This document shows, in pieces, positions 1 to 9,400 of a DNA stretch of 64,000 nucleotides; position 1 is the stretch's first letter, and each line of letters opens with the position of its first letter. The translations under genes and the position numbers were made by a program. The notes under the pieces were generated by a model that saw only the letters and a program-made list of their open reading frames with translations, searched no databases and was not told the origin of the DNA. The DNA is taken from contig OY771587.1 in the NCBI GenBank assembly GCA_963674825.1, forward strand, positions 1,504,001 through 1,568,000. The letters run 5' to 3'. The stretch comes from Candidatus Cloacimonadales bacterium (GTDB lineage Bacteria; Cloacimonadota; Cloacimonadia; Cloacimonadales; JAIOQZ01).

Positions 1-1304
1 GTGATGTAGATCGTCTCGCCCGGTGTGACATCCTGGTCGGATGGCTGGACATCCGAGATCACCGGAACAGTCCCCTGGAAGAGAGCGTGGTCCAGCAGAA
101 AATCGCTTCGGACATCCATCAGTTGAGTGATACCCAAGATATTTCCCTGCGGTCCCGATCCGACAGTCGAGTAGATATTCTGCTGGAAATACACGTATGG
201 ATAGAGTTTGTTGGGATCAGCCTGATAATCCTCGTCGATGATCTCCTGAATCTCGAGCGCACGGTCTTCGTACCATCCATTCTCGAAATTCTCTTCGATC
301 ATGGTTCGCATGTGCGCGATATACTTCTTCTGATAGCGATCGTTGGTCAGAATCTGCGAGATGATTGGGTAATTAGCGCTGTCGATGTTGAACAGGGGTG
401 TAAGCTGCTGCATCTGGGTAAGCGTCAGGTGACTTCCTGACATCACGTTCGCGAAGACGCCAAAGTTCTCGTTGAGGTCCCAGATGATAGGGTTGAACCG
501 TCCGGCCGCATCCTGAAAGATATAATAGTTGTGCCCATAATTAACCGGCGCATCCAGGTTGATGCACAGGATGTCAAAGGCCAGCATCCACAGGTGACGA
601 TCAACGTTCAGAACCGATTCGATCTGCTCCGGTTCGTTGTTGAACGTATCCAGAAAATCGATTAGATCCTCCCAACCTTCATCAGATTCGATTTCGTAGA
701 AATTGTAGTAACTATCCTCGTTCTCACCCAAATATCCCCATACCACCGCTGCACCTGCATTACCGGCGATCTCACCCTTGAAGCGAGGCCTGTCGTTCGT
801 TTGAAAATGGGTGATGCCGAAGTATTTATCCACGTCCTGCACACTAGTATATAGTCCGATCAGCTCATCGTTCACATAGACGTTGGCGTAATTCGCGAGG
901 CTGGAAGGCAGGTATTTTCGTGCGATTTCATAGCTGAGGGCTTCTCGCACAAAAGACGGGTCTTTGAATCCGTTGGAAAGCTTGAGCGTACCGTAATTAT
1001 CGTAAAGCTGGTCGTCGATCACATAGTCGAGCTTGATATTGAATGGGTTCTTCGTCTGGTTGGCCGAATAGCTGCTGTTTCCTTTGTAACGAACGCCAAC
1101 GCTATCGAACTGAACGCCGTTGACAACTGCCGTTCCTAAAAGCCGTTCTTCGTCTCCTGCAGCATAGAGCTGATCCAGAATCTGATCCCAGTTGTCCTGC
1201 TCGAAATAGAGCTCGATTGTGTTGATCTGATCGATGTTATAAAAATCCTGCGCAAACGCGGCAGACACAGAAATAGCGATAAACAGCAGATAAATCCACT
1301 TCAT
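1..1304 (-). CDS. CotH kinase family secreted protein (3' end runs off the window; absent from the ORF track)
   Basis: Manual translation from ATG at 1304 (GGAGG RBS upstream): MKWIYLLFIAISVSAAFAQDFY...VGVRYKGNSS...KNPFNIKLD...LKLSNGFKDPSFVREALSYEI...YVNDELIGLYTSVQDVDK. Signal peptide plus CotH-type motifs. Confidence 0.85.
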   Translation of the reverse strand, partial: MKWIYLLFIAISVSAAFAQDFYNIDQINTIELYFEQDNWDQILDQLYAAGDEERLLGTAVVNGVQFDSVGVRYKGNSSYSANQTKNPFNIKLDYVIDDQLYDNYGTLKLSNGFKDPSFVREALSYEIARKYLPSSLANYANVYVNDELIGLYTSVQDVDKYFGITHFQTNDRPRFKGEIAGNAGAAVVWGYLGENEDSYYNFYEIESDEGWEDLIDFLDTFNNEPEQIESVLNVDRHLWMLAFDILCINLDAPVNYGHNYYIFQDAAGRFNPIIWDLNENFGVFANVMSGSHLTLTQMQQLTPLFNIDSANYPIISQILTNDRYQKKYIAHMRTMIEENFENGWYEDRALEIQEIIDEDYQADPNKLYPYVYFQQNIYSTVGSGPQGNILGITQLMDVRSDFLLDHALFQGTVPVISDVQPSDQDVTPGETIYI

Positions 1305-1447
1305 TGATCCTCCCGTACGATTACGTCCTGATTGTGTAGGCGTATTGTATAAGACAAATCCTAACAGAATATTCTGCGGTCATTCGCACTTTTTTTTCTG
1401 TCACGGAAAAACAGTGTGGATTCTCGATAAAGTGGATGTACATGGGA

Positions 1448-3799
1448 TTACTTGAGAAGCAGCATTTTGCGTTGCAGTACCTGGTTGCGGATCTTCATAC
1501 ACACGAAATAAATGCCTGATGCAACGGAACTGCCATTTTGGTTGCGGCAATTCCATGTCACCTGGTGCAATCCCGCGTCACACTTTCCGGATGCAAGAGC
1601 AGCGACGCGCTGGCCCTTCACGTTGTAGATCGCTACATCCACGTCCGATGCGCTTTTCAGCGAGAACTGGATACCGGTCTGGCTTCTCACCGGGTTCGGA
1701 TACACGGGATAAAGCCTCGCGCTGGGTAGATGGCTGTCAACTTCGTCGATCGACAATCCTTCGACTGGTACCTCGCAGTAGGTGTCGGGTAGATTGTGTC
1801 CACTGACGGCGATGGTGAGGATACCGGGATTCATGGGGGGGGTATCGAAAACAAGAGAAGCCGGCTGACCACTCTGAGTAACAACTTTCCCGATCACCTC
1901 GCCTTCGAAGATAGCGCCCACAAGGATATCTCCCGTAGCGCTTCCTACGGTTGTCACCACCAGTTCAATGGATGTCGAGCCCATGTCGAGGCTATCAGGG
2001 ATTTCAACCGTCACCTGCGCCGGAGCATCAGTCCATAGATCGAGTGTGGAATCACCAAGCAAGGTTGTAACGTAAAAAGCCCACTGGAGCTGGTTTCCCG
2101 GTACGATAAACGGTACGGAATCGTCACGACTGTCGGTTTGCGCCTGTGCGATGCAGGTGATGTTCTCGCCGAACAACGCATCGAAGAACTCCCGCTGGTA
2201 GTGTTGCGAAGCGCCGTTGGTATTGGTGCTGCTTCCCAGCCCGAAACGGGTGTTGCCAATGAAGCAGACGGCCCCTGTTTCGAGAGTCACCCACTGCTCG
2301 GCCATGCAGTCGATCTCGGATTCGTTATTGAAGGCGTCGCGGTTATCGAAGGCACAGGAGTAGCAGCTTTGTGTGTAGATGATGTAGTAGGTATGGTTGA
2401 CGCCGTCATTCGTCAAGTTTTCTGTCGTGATATGCTCCGGGTAGTGGCGTAGCGCGTTGTGAACAGAGCCATGACCGATATGCGACACCAGGTGCATGCC
2501 TCCATTGAGCACCACGCGAAGGTCGTCGCCTCCCCAGTAGTCATCCACATCGTAGAGGGTTGTCACATTAATGTTCTCTGGGACTCCGGCGGTCGTAAAG
2601 CCGTACAGGTCACAACCCTGGTGAATCTCTTCCATGTAATCGCGACCGTTGTTTGTCCAGCCGAGATATTCACCGGCCATCAGCGCGGTGTTGAGATCGT
2701 CAGTAACGGGTTGTGTCTGGTAGAGTATCTGTTTATTCACAAAGTTCTGCGCTTCCTCGACGGTATCCACAGGAGCTCTTGCGCCATAAACTTCGCTGTA
2801 GTAGTCGGTCTCGAATGGCTCCCCATAGATGCCGTCGCCATCGCCATCCCAATCGCCATCCAGATTGAAGAAATAGAGGTCGCAGGGTATATCAGCGTCT
2901 GTAATCGCGCCTGTCCTCAGCCAGAAACCTCGGTGTGGCAGGTTTTCGTCATCACCAGCAATCAACACGTATTGGATTCCACTCTGCTCGTACTGCTCAA
3001 TAATATAGTTACGGATCTTGTCCTGATCGTCAGTTCCCGTCGTGCTTTCGAGAATCTCCTCAGCGCTTGCGATCTGCGTCCGGATTCCGAGCCCGTTCTT
3101 GTAATCTGCAAGTACGGAAAATGCATCCATAAAGGCTTCCGGCGTGATGATAAGATAGTCATAGTAGTCGCGATTCCGCTGGGTAGGGCTGTAGCGCATG
3201 GCATCTTGCGGGTTAATCACCATCTGTGAGAGCCGTCGCAAAGTTTCTTCATCGCCACGTACAGTGGAGAGTGCATTGCGCGATTCCTTGTCGATGCCAG
3301 TTTCGATTGCGATGTCGAGGTTCGGATAAAATGATATTGCTTCTTGCTGTGGAAGATAGCGCGCAGGATAGATCAGCAATGTGTAGATGCGATAGCCGCG
3401 AAAGAATCCCAGATGCGGATTGCCATAAGACTCTTCGGGAAAAGCGTTCATCGAGCGGACATCATCATTCAACGGCGTGAAGCCAGTTCCCATCTGTGAT
3501 AGTGGGTATTGCTGCTGCACGGGATAAATCTCGCCCGGAAGCGCCATCAACATTGCTTTGCCGGTAACAGTCACTCCGGTGACAGCCTGAGATGGCGGAA
3601 GCAGAATCTTTAATGCGTAGGCCGGGAGTGACGGTTCACCGGGGAGCCCTGTGTTGACAAGCCCATCGATGGCTACCATGTATTTACCGGATACCGGTTC
3701 AAGTTTCGGTGATGGGAAATCGAGGTTGTAGTGAAAGGTTTCAGCTATCAGCATCAGGGTCAGGACAGTCAGCAGCAACGAGAGTATCAGCTTCTTCAT
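1448..3799 (-). CDS. C25 family cysteine peptidase (gingipain-like) with propeptide and FlgD-Ig/T9SS-like C-terminal domain
   Basis: Signal peptide; propeptide PGEPSLP; YLIITPEAF, YVLIAGD, CDLYF, DWDGDGDGIYGE; catalytic-type SHIGHG and QSCY motifs; LLGD; tail YPNP...IYNVKGQRV...SGIYF...KMLLLK. Confidence 0.9.
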   Translation of the reverse strand: MKKLILSLLLTVLTLMLIAETFHYNLDFPSPKLEPVSGKYMVAIDGLVNTGLPGEPSLPAYALKILLPPSQAVTGVTVTGKAMLMALPGEIYPVQQQYPLSQMGTGFTPLNDDVRSMNAFPEESYGNPHLGFFRGYRIYTLLIYPARYLPQQEAISFYPNLDIAIETGIDKESRNALSTVRGDEETLRRLSQMVINPQDAMRYSPTQRNRDYYDYLIITPEAFMDAFSVLADYKNGLGIRTQIASAEEILESTTGTDDQDKIRNYIIEQYEQSGIQYVLIAGDDENLPHRGFWLRTGAITDADIPCDLYFFNLDGDWDGDGDGIYGEPFETDYYSEVYGARAPVDTVEEAQNFVNKQILYQTQPVTDDLNTALMAGEYLGWTNNGRDYMEEIHQGCDLYGFTTAGVPENINVTTLYDVDDYWGGDDLRVVLNGGMHLVSHIGHGSVHNALRHYPEHITTENLTNDGVNHTYYIIYTQSCYSCAFDNRDAFNNESEIDCMAEQWVTLETGAVCFIGNTRFGLGSSTNTNGASQHYQREFFDALFGENITCIAQAQTDSRDDSVPFIVPGNQLQWAFYVTTLLGDSTLDLWTDAPAQVTVEIPDSLDMGSTSIELVVTTVGSATGDILVGAIFEGEVIGKVVTQSGQPASLVFDTPPMNPGILTIAVSGHNLPDTYCEVPVEGLSIDEVDSHLPSARLYPVYPNPVRSQTGIQFSLKSASDVDVAIYNVKGQRVAALASGKCDAGLHQVTWNCRNQNGSSVASGIYFVCMKIRNQVLQRKMLLLK

Positions 3800-3887
3800 G
3801 ATGGAATCCTCTGTTATTATTTTAGATAAAAGTTTGCAAGGAATGTTCCATAACCAGCGATATTTGTTTGGATTGTGTTGCTGAGAT

Positions 3888-3915
3888 GAAAAGGCAGGTC
3901 GGGCGACCTGCCTTT
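3888..3915 (-). terminator. Intrinsic terminator downstream of the 4149..6284 gene and its repeat element
   Basis: Inverted repeat AAAGGCAGGTCG / CGACCTGCCTTT ending in a short T-run on the minus strand. Confidence 0.7.
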
Positions 3916-3925
3916 AAATATACAC

Positions 3926-4146
3926 TTCGTTCTCACTTCGTGAAAACCGATGATCCAATCCAACGATCCACTTTCGCTATTTCGCTTCGCGAAAGGAGAT
4001 TGTCGAAAATATCTCCGCTAACATGAATTCGCTGCGCAAATGGTTTTCGTTTTGACTGCGTCAAAGCCGACTATCCACTAACATGACTTCTCTTCGCGAA
4101 GTCACATCGTTCGATGTTTTCGTTTCTGCTGCGCAGAAGCCGAAAA
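3926..4146 (-). repeat. Modular palindromic hairpin repeat, copy A (REP/BIME-like mosaic)
   Basis: Shares a 79-bp block (3963-4041, 1 mismatch) with 27641-27719, a collinear ~101-bp block (4045-4145) with 27824-27924, and an 18-bp module (3926-3943) with 27736-27753. Confidence 0.9.
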
Positions 4147-4148
4147 TA

Positions 4149-6284
4149 TTATTTCATCAGCACCATCTTCTGGGTCATGACCTTGCTGTCGGCATTGAGG
4201 CGATAGAAGTAAACGCCGCTGGAGACGTTCTTTCCTGATTCGTCTGTACCGTTCCAAGTGACCGAGTTGTTACCCTTTTGCGCTCTTCCGTCGAAGAGGG
4301 TCTTGATCTTCTGACCGCGGACGTTGTAAACCGCGAGTTCTGCGTTCATATCACTGGGAACGCTGAAGCCGATGGTTGTTTCCGGGTTGAAGGGGTTCGG
4401 GAAGTTCTGGTCGAGGCTGATTGCCTGGCTTACAGACGGGGCTTCGTCGTCGGTTTCCCACGGGTTGAAATCTACATCGATCGCCATGTAGGTGACGGTT
4501 CCGCCGTTATTATCGCCAAGATTGTTCTGGGCATATGAGCCGAAGCTGTTATCGTTAAAGTACATGATGTGCAGCTTACCGTGGTTGTCGCCGAGGTCTT
4601 CGATCTTATCACCAAGATAGAGATAAACCGGTATCTGATTTTCAAGCTGTTCGATATAGTGTCCATCGGGATCAGTCGGGCAAGCGTTCATCACGATTGG
4701 ATCAGACCAAGTGGTGCCGTTGTCGCCGGAGATCGCGATCATGATCTCAGGTACGGAAGCATAGTCGGTATATTCCTCCCAACCGTATGAGTTGTAGAGG
4801 TATTCTTTGGTTCCATCCGACCATATTGCCGCCATCCAGCTTTTGTCCTCATTGTAAGCGATTTTGTAGTAGTTCTCATGGAAAGCCTGATCTGTATCGT
4901 AGTAATAGATTGGCCAATAACGTACAGCGTTGATGGTTCCTGTATCTTCATAGAATTCGTCCACTACGCCGTCTTCGTTCACATCCCAAGGCAGGAACGG
5001 CATTCCGTCGGTCGGATTAGCGCTCTGCGGGTAGAGGTCATAGTTAAGGAATTCTTCCGTATTCGAATCGTAGATGAAGGTTCTCATCTGGAGATAATCC
5101 GGCCAGTAAACGTTATCGCCACCTGAGTTTCCCTGCATTGAGAAGGGAGCCTGGAAGTGAAGGCAATCTTCGTTGTCCCATATCGCCGTCATGTGTCCGG
5201 AATGGGAGAACGAGAAATAGAGATCGGAAGAATCGGTCGGCCAGTTGCTGCCGTCCTCATTCAGTGGGCTATCGACATACACTTCTGAGTTGACGACATG
5301 ATATTCCCATTCGCCTTCGCAGAAGTTGTTGTTAATCAGAACAAAGTAATCGGAATCTTCATCCAGGAAGTAGTCTTCGCCACCGGCGAGATATCCGAAG
5401 ATCGCGAACTTACCGTCCCAAGTCACGGCTGATGAGAAGAATGGGCGAATCCAGTCGGGATCGGCATTCCATTCGTCCATTTGCGGGATGGTGATGTAAG
5501 TCCAATCGAGTGTCGGGAATACGCCGGTCTCGATATCGGATGTCGAATAATCGGCATACGCGATAACCACATTTTCGGAAGGATTTCCGGCATCGGAGTG
5601 GGCAGCGTTGTTATTAGCCAGAACATAGACGCGGCGCTTTCCGTCCGTATCATAACTGGGAGCCTGGCTGATATAAACATAGGGCCACAGGAACTGGTCG
5701 TCGGAGAATGGCGGTTCGAAATCGATGCCCGACCAATCACTATTGGGGATGATCGTAAACGGTGTACTGAAAAGCCCGGGGGACTGCAGAAGGTGCCATA
5801 CATCCATGCCCAGTGCGCAGTCATAGATCGAGCCAACGCCAGATTCGAAATGCCAGGCATAGATCGGATCCTGCGTCTCGGGATCGATATCGACACCGGC
5901 GTATCCTTCGTACTGGTCCGTCTGGCCAACGTAATTCGTTGAATTGGGTGTTCCATCCGGGTTGATGTAAACAATATACTCACGACGCTCTGAGGCTGCC
6001 GTTTCCTTTCCATGGAACAGCAGATAGACGCCGCCGTTGTCCTGTACTCGGACCGGTTCGCCATTGTAGCTGCCCATCATGTAGTCGAAAAACGAGCTCT
6101 GGATATCCACGGGCTCAACCATGAATTCCCATTCCGGTACCATACGTGAGGCAGCGGCAGTCCGTCCTACTTCGGCACTATTATCGAAACGTGCTTCTTT
6201 CTGCGGTCCAGGCTGCATCGCATTTGCCACAAGCATACCGGCAATCGCGACAAGCAAGACCAAAAATACCATACTTTTGCGCAT
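4149..6284 (-). CDS. Secreted acidic protein of unknown function with FlgD-Ig/T9SS-like C-terminal domain
   Basis: Signal peptide, AGGAGG RBS; Asp-box-like ISGDNGTTWS; Ca-loop-like WDVNEDGVVD; tail QNFPNPFNPETTI...YNVRGQKIKTL...SSGVYFYRL...KMVLMK. Confidence 0.8.
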   Translation of the reverse strand: MRKSMVFLVLLVAIAGMLVANAMQPGPQKEARFDNSAEVGRTAAASRMVPEWEFMVEPVDIQSSFFDYMMGSYNGEPVRVQDNGGVYLLFHGKETAASERREYIVYINPDGTPNSTNYVGQTDQYEGYAGVDIDPETQDPIYAWHFESGVGSIYDCALGMDVWHLLQSPGLFSTPFTIIPNSDWSGIDFEPPFSDDQFLWPYVYISQAPSYDTDGKRRVYVLANNNAAHSDAGNPSENVVIAYADYSTSDIETGVFPTLDWTYITIPQMDEWNADPDWIRPFFSSAVTWDGKFAIFGYLAGGEDYFLDEDSDYFVLINNNFCEGEWEYHVVNSEVYVDSPLNEDGSNWPTDSSDLYFSFSHSGHMTAIWDNEDCLHFQAPFSMQGNSGGDNVYWPDYLQMRTFIYDSNTEEFLNYDLYPQSANPTDGMPFLPWDVNEDGVVDEFYEDTGTINAVRYWPIYYYDTDQAFHENYYKIAYNEDKSWMAAIWSDGTKEYLYNSYGWEEYTDYASVPEIMIAISGDNGTTWSDPIVMNACPTDPDGHYIEQLENQIPVYLYLGDKIEDLGDNHGKLHIMYFNDNSFGSYAQNNLGDNNGGTVTYMAIDVDFNPWETDDEAPSVSQAISLDQNFPNPFNPETTIGFSVPSDMNAELAVYNVRGQKIKTLFDGRAQKGNNSVTWNGTDESGKNVSSGVYFYRLNADSKVMTQKMVLMK

Positions 6285-6396
6285 AATTCCTCCTTACTCG
6301 ATATTATAAACGCATATCAAATTTGCCGGGTTAATAATGCTTGCCGCTGTAAGGTGTTGTCAAAGAAAAAAGTTTGGCGCAAGTTTTTGGCAGTAC

Positions 6397-6430
6397 AAAA
6401 GAAAGCGGCTCCCGGGAATGGGAGCCGCTT
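6397..6430 (-). terminator. Intrinsic terminator of the 6450..10589 gene
   Basis: AAGCGGCTCCC-6 nt-GGGAGCCGCTT followed by TCTTTT on the minus strand. Confidence 0.8.
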
Positions 6431-6449
6431 ATAGTTCGGAAAGAACCGA

Positions 6450-9400
6450 TTATCTGCGTCTTGTAGAAGGTGCTTCGGTGTCTGCGGTGATCTTGTAGAA
6501 GTACTTGGTTCCCACAGCGCCATCGACATCGATGTAATTCGAAGTGGTTGTGCTATCGTACAGTGTCAGCATTTCAGGATTGGTACCACGATAGATATGG
6601 TACTGAGCCGCGTTGGTGACATCTGCCCAATCAAGTTCGACGTTGTTGCCGTTGATTACGATCACGACATCGGTCGGAGCTTCGACGATTCCACCCACAA
6701 CTGAGTTCTCAGCACCAGGTGTACCGTAATCGACAAGGCTGGCAGCCCAGTTTTCTGCGAGGCTGTTGTCGAGGTTGGTTCCAAGGAGTTCAAGTGAAGG
6801 ACCGCTGCCGTCGCAAACGCTCGGCCAGTCACCACCGTCGTCGTATGACACATAGTCGATGACCTGTCCGCTGGCGGTACGAAGCTCGATTGCTTCACCA
6901 CCATTGCTCAGTGCACCGTCAGTCCATTCGAATACCTGATAGCCGTTGCCTTCGTATGTTGCGGCAGTCAGAGCTACGATGATGTATTCACCAACAGCAA
7001 TGGATGCCCCTTCGGGGAATACATAGGTGATACCTGATTCGAAGTACACACCATTGAGGTCAACCGTTTCGGTATCGGCGTTGTAGATTTCCACAAATTC
7101 CCATGGATCGTCTGTGTCGATGGCATTGTAGAGAATCTCGTTGATAACCAGCGCTGGCGGCGGAACATCGTCGTCGATGATCACCAGCTCATACTGGTCC
7201 GGGCTGCCGATAGCAGCGTTGGTTCCACCAGCGATGTTCTGGAGTTCGAAGTACAGCGTATCGGCGTCTTCAACTGCTGAGTCATCGGTGATGGTGATTG
7301 TGACAGTTTGGTCGCTTCCATCGTTAGCCGGGAAGGTTACAGACTGTGTAGTATAGTTATTGACCTGTGCTGCGTCGCCGTAAACCAGTACGACATCGAC
7401 GGTAGTAGCAACGGTTTCGCTGGGGCTGGTGATTGAAAGGACCAGGTCAAACGTTCCCTGATCTTCGTTGTATTCACCGAATCCCGGATTGAAGCGAACC
7501 ACTGTGTCGATATTATATACAGAGTTCTGAGCGCCCGGTGTACCGTAATCGACAGCACTCGGTGACCAGTTGATACCAAGGCTGTTATCAAGGCTCGGTG
7601 CAATGAGCTCAAGTGAAGGGCCATTTCCGTCGGGAAGGTTCGGCCAGTCGCCTGAATCGCTGTAAGTGACTTCATCAACGACAGCATCGTCTGCGCCGAC
7701 AAGGGTGATCGCTTCGCCGCCGTTGCTCAGTCCACCGGAGGTCCACTCTGCGTCAGCCTGGAATCCGTAGAAATTTTCGAAAGCGGTTGCGTTGACTGCA
7801 ACGACGAAATAGTCGTTAGCAGCGACAACGTCGCCACTCAGGAAAGTGTAGGTCACACCAGCGCCAAAGTAGAAGCCTTCAAGGTCAACTTCGCTATCGC
7901 CGGCGTTGTAGATTTCGATGAATTCGAGGGTGTCGGTTCCAGCCTCAGGCGGGTTGTAATTGATTTCGTTGATCACGAGCTCGATCAATGCAGGCTCGGT
8001 GTAGGTGAAGTTGAACGATTCACCATCGGTACCGTTGCCGCTGAGGTCTTCAACGTCATTGATTTCGATGGTGAAGTTTCCGTAGGTAAGGCCTGTCACG
8101 GTCAGAGTCACTTTCGAGTTGTCCACGTCGTCGCGAACAGCATTGGTAACCAGAACGGTACGGCTGTAGATGTAGTAGTTTTCGATTTCCTGTGCTGATG
8201 TTTCTTCGACATCTTCGTTGAAGTCTACAACAACGGTCGAAGCATCGACCACAGTAACATCGTCAACTGTAGGAGGATCTGTATCGGCTACGGAGTATTC
8301 GGTCACGTCGGCTTCGTAGCGCGGTTCGAGCTTGTACTGCTCGTAGCTGAAGTTACCGATACCGATGATATCATAGTCATAGCCAAGAGTGCGAACGTAT
8401 CCGGAAAGCATCTGGTCATCAATTTCCAGAATACCGTTTCCGTCGTCAACCTGCCACTGGCCACTGCCCGAATCGATGCTGACGCATTCCGCGTTGAGCA
8501 CCTTCACCAAGACACCTTCGTATTCTTCAGTAAGGCCGGCGGTGGTGATTGTGATGATTGCGGGAAGCGCGTTGCCGGATGAAACGATATTGAACCCGGT
8601 CACGCTACTGAGTTCAGTAAGTCCAAAGTACTCAGCGACAGTAGCGGTAACCGTTACCATGTCGCCTTCAGCCGGAGCATTTACTGTATCATAAACCCAG
8701 ATACCGTTCCATGCGCCGTCACCATCCTGAAGATAGTAACCATTGTATGCAAGACCGGTAACGATACCACTGGTAGTGACGATCTGGCCAACATACGGAG
8801 AGGTTTCTACTTCACCCTGGATCATATGAATGGTGATGCCGGTCGCGATAGTATAGTTGTATTCAGGACTAAAAGCGTTATCGCTCTGGTCGTCGATCGC
8901 TTCGATCTTGTAATAGACGGTGGTTCCGCCAGCCTGAGCCGGAATCACGGAGTTCGTAACCCAGGTGTTGCCCGTTTCGATACTCATTGCGATTTCGTTG
9001 CCGAGAACACCGGAAGCTGTTCCCCACCAGCACTTGACGGTCGAAACAGAGCGAGCATCGTCAACGACGTCTGCGCGAACGGTTACGGCATCGGATGCAC
9101 CCGGAGCAGCCGGATCGATGCTTACGTTCGAAATCTGCGGCGGAAGGTTTCCACCCTGGAAGAAGCCGAGGATGTTAATATCGTCGATTTCCCAGCGATG
9201 TGCTGCTGATGTTGTTGAAACATATTTAAAGGCTACATAGACTGTTCCACTAAATGCGGAGAGGTCGATGGTTCCGGAGTTGGTCCATGCCCAGCCACCG
9301 GCGGAAAAGGAACACTGTGAGCTAAGATCGGTCCAGGCGAAGCCTGTTGGATCGCTGGTTCCGTCGTAGGTGTTAGAGATCATCACATAGAGGTCGTCTC

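Noticed and set aside
87..844. Short track ORFs 87..440 and 662..844
   Set aside because: Both fall inside the CotH kinase gene, which the track missed because its stop is outside the window.
4075..4115. Integron attC site (CACTAAC...GTTCGAT around a hairpin)
   Set aside because: Too short for the R''-L''-L'-R' layout, R' is not GTTRRRY, adjacent genes are large and on the opposite strand, and no integrase is in the window. A distant relationship is not excluded.
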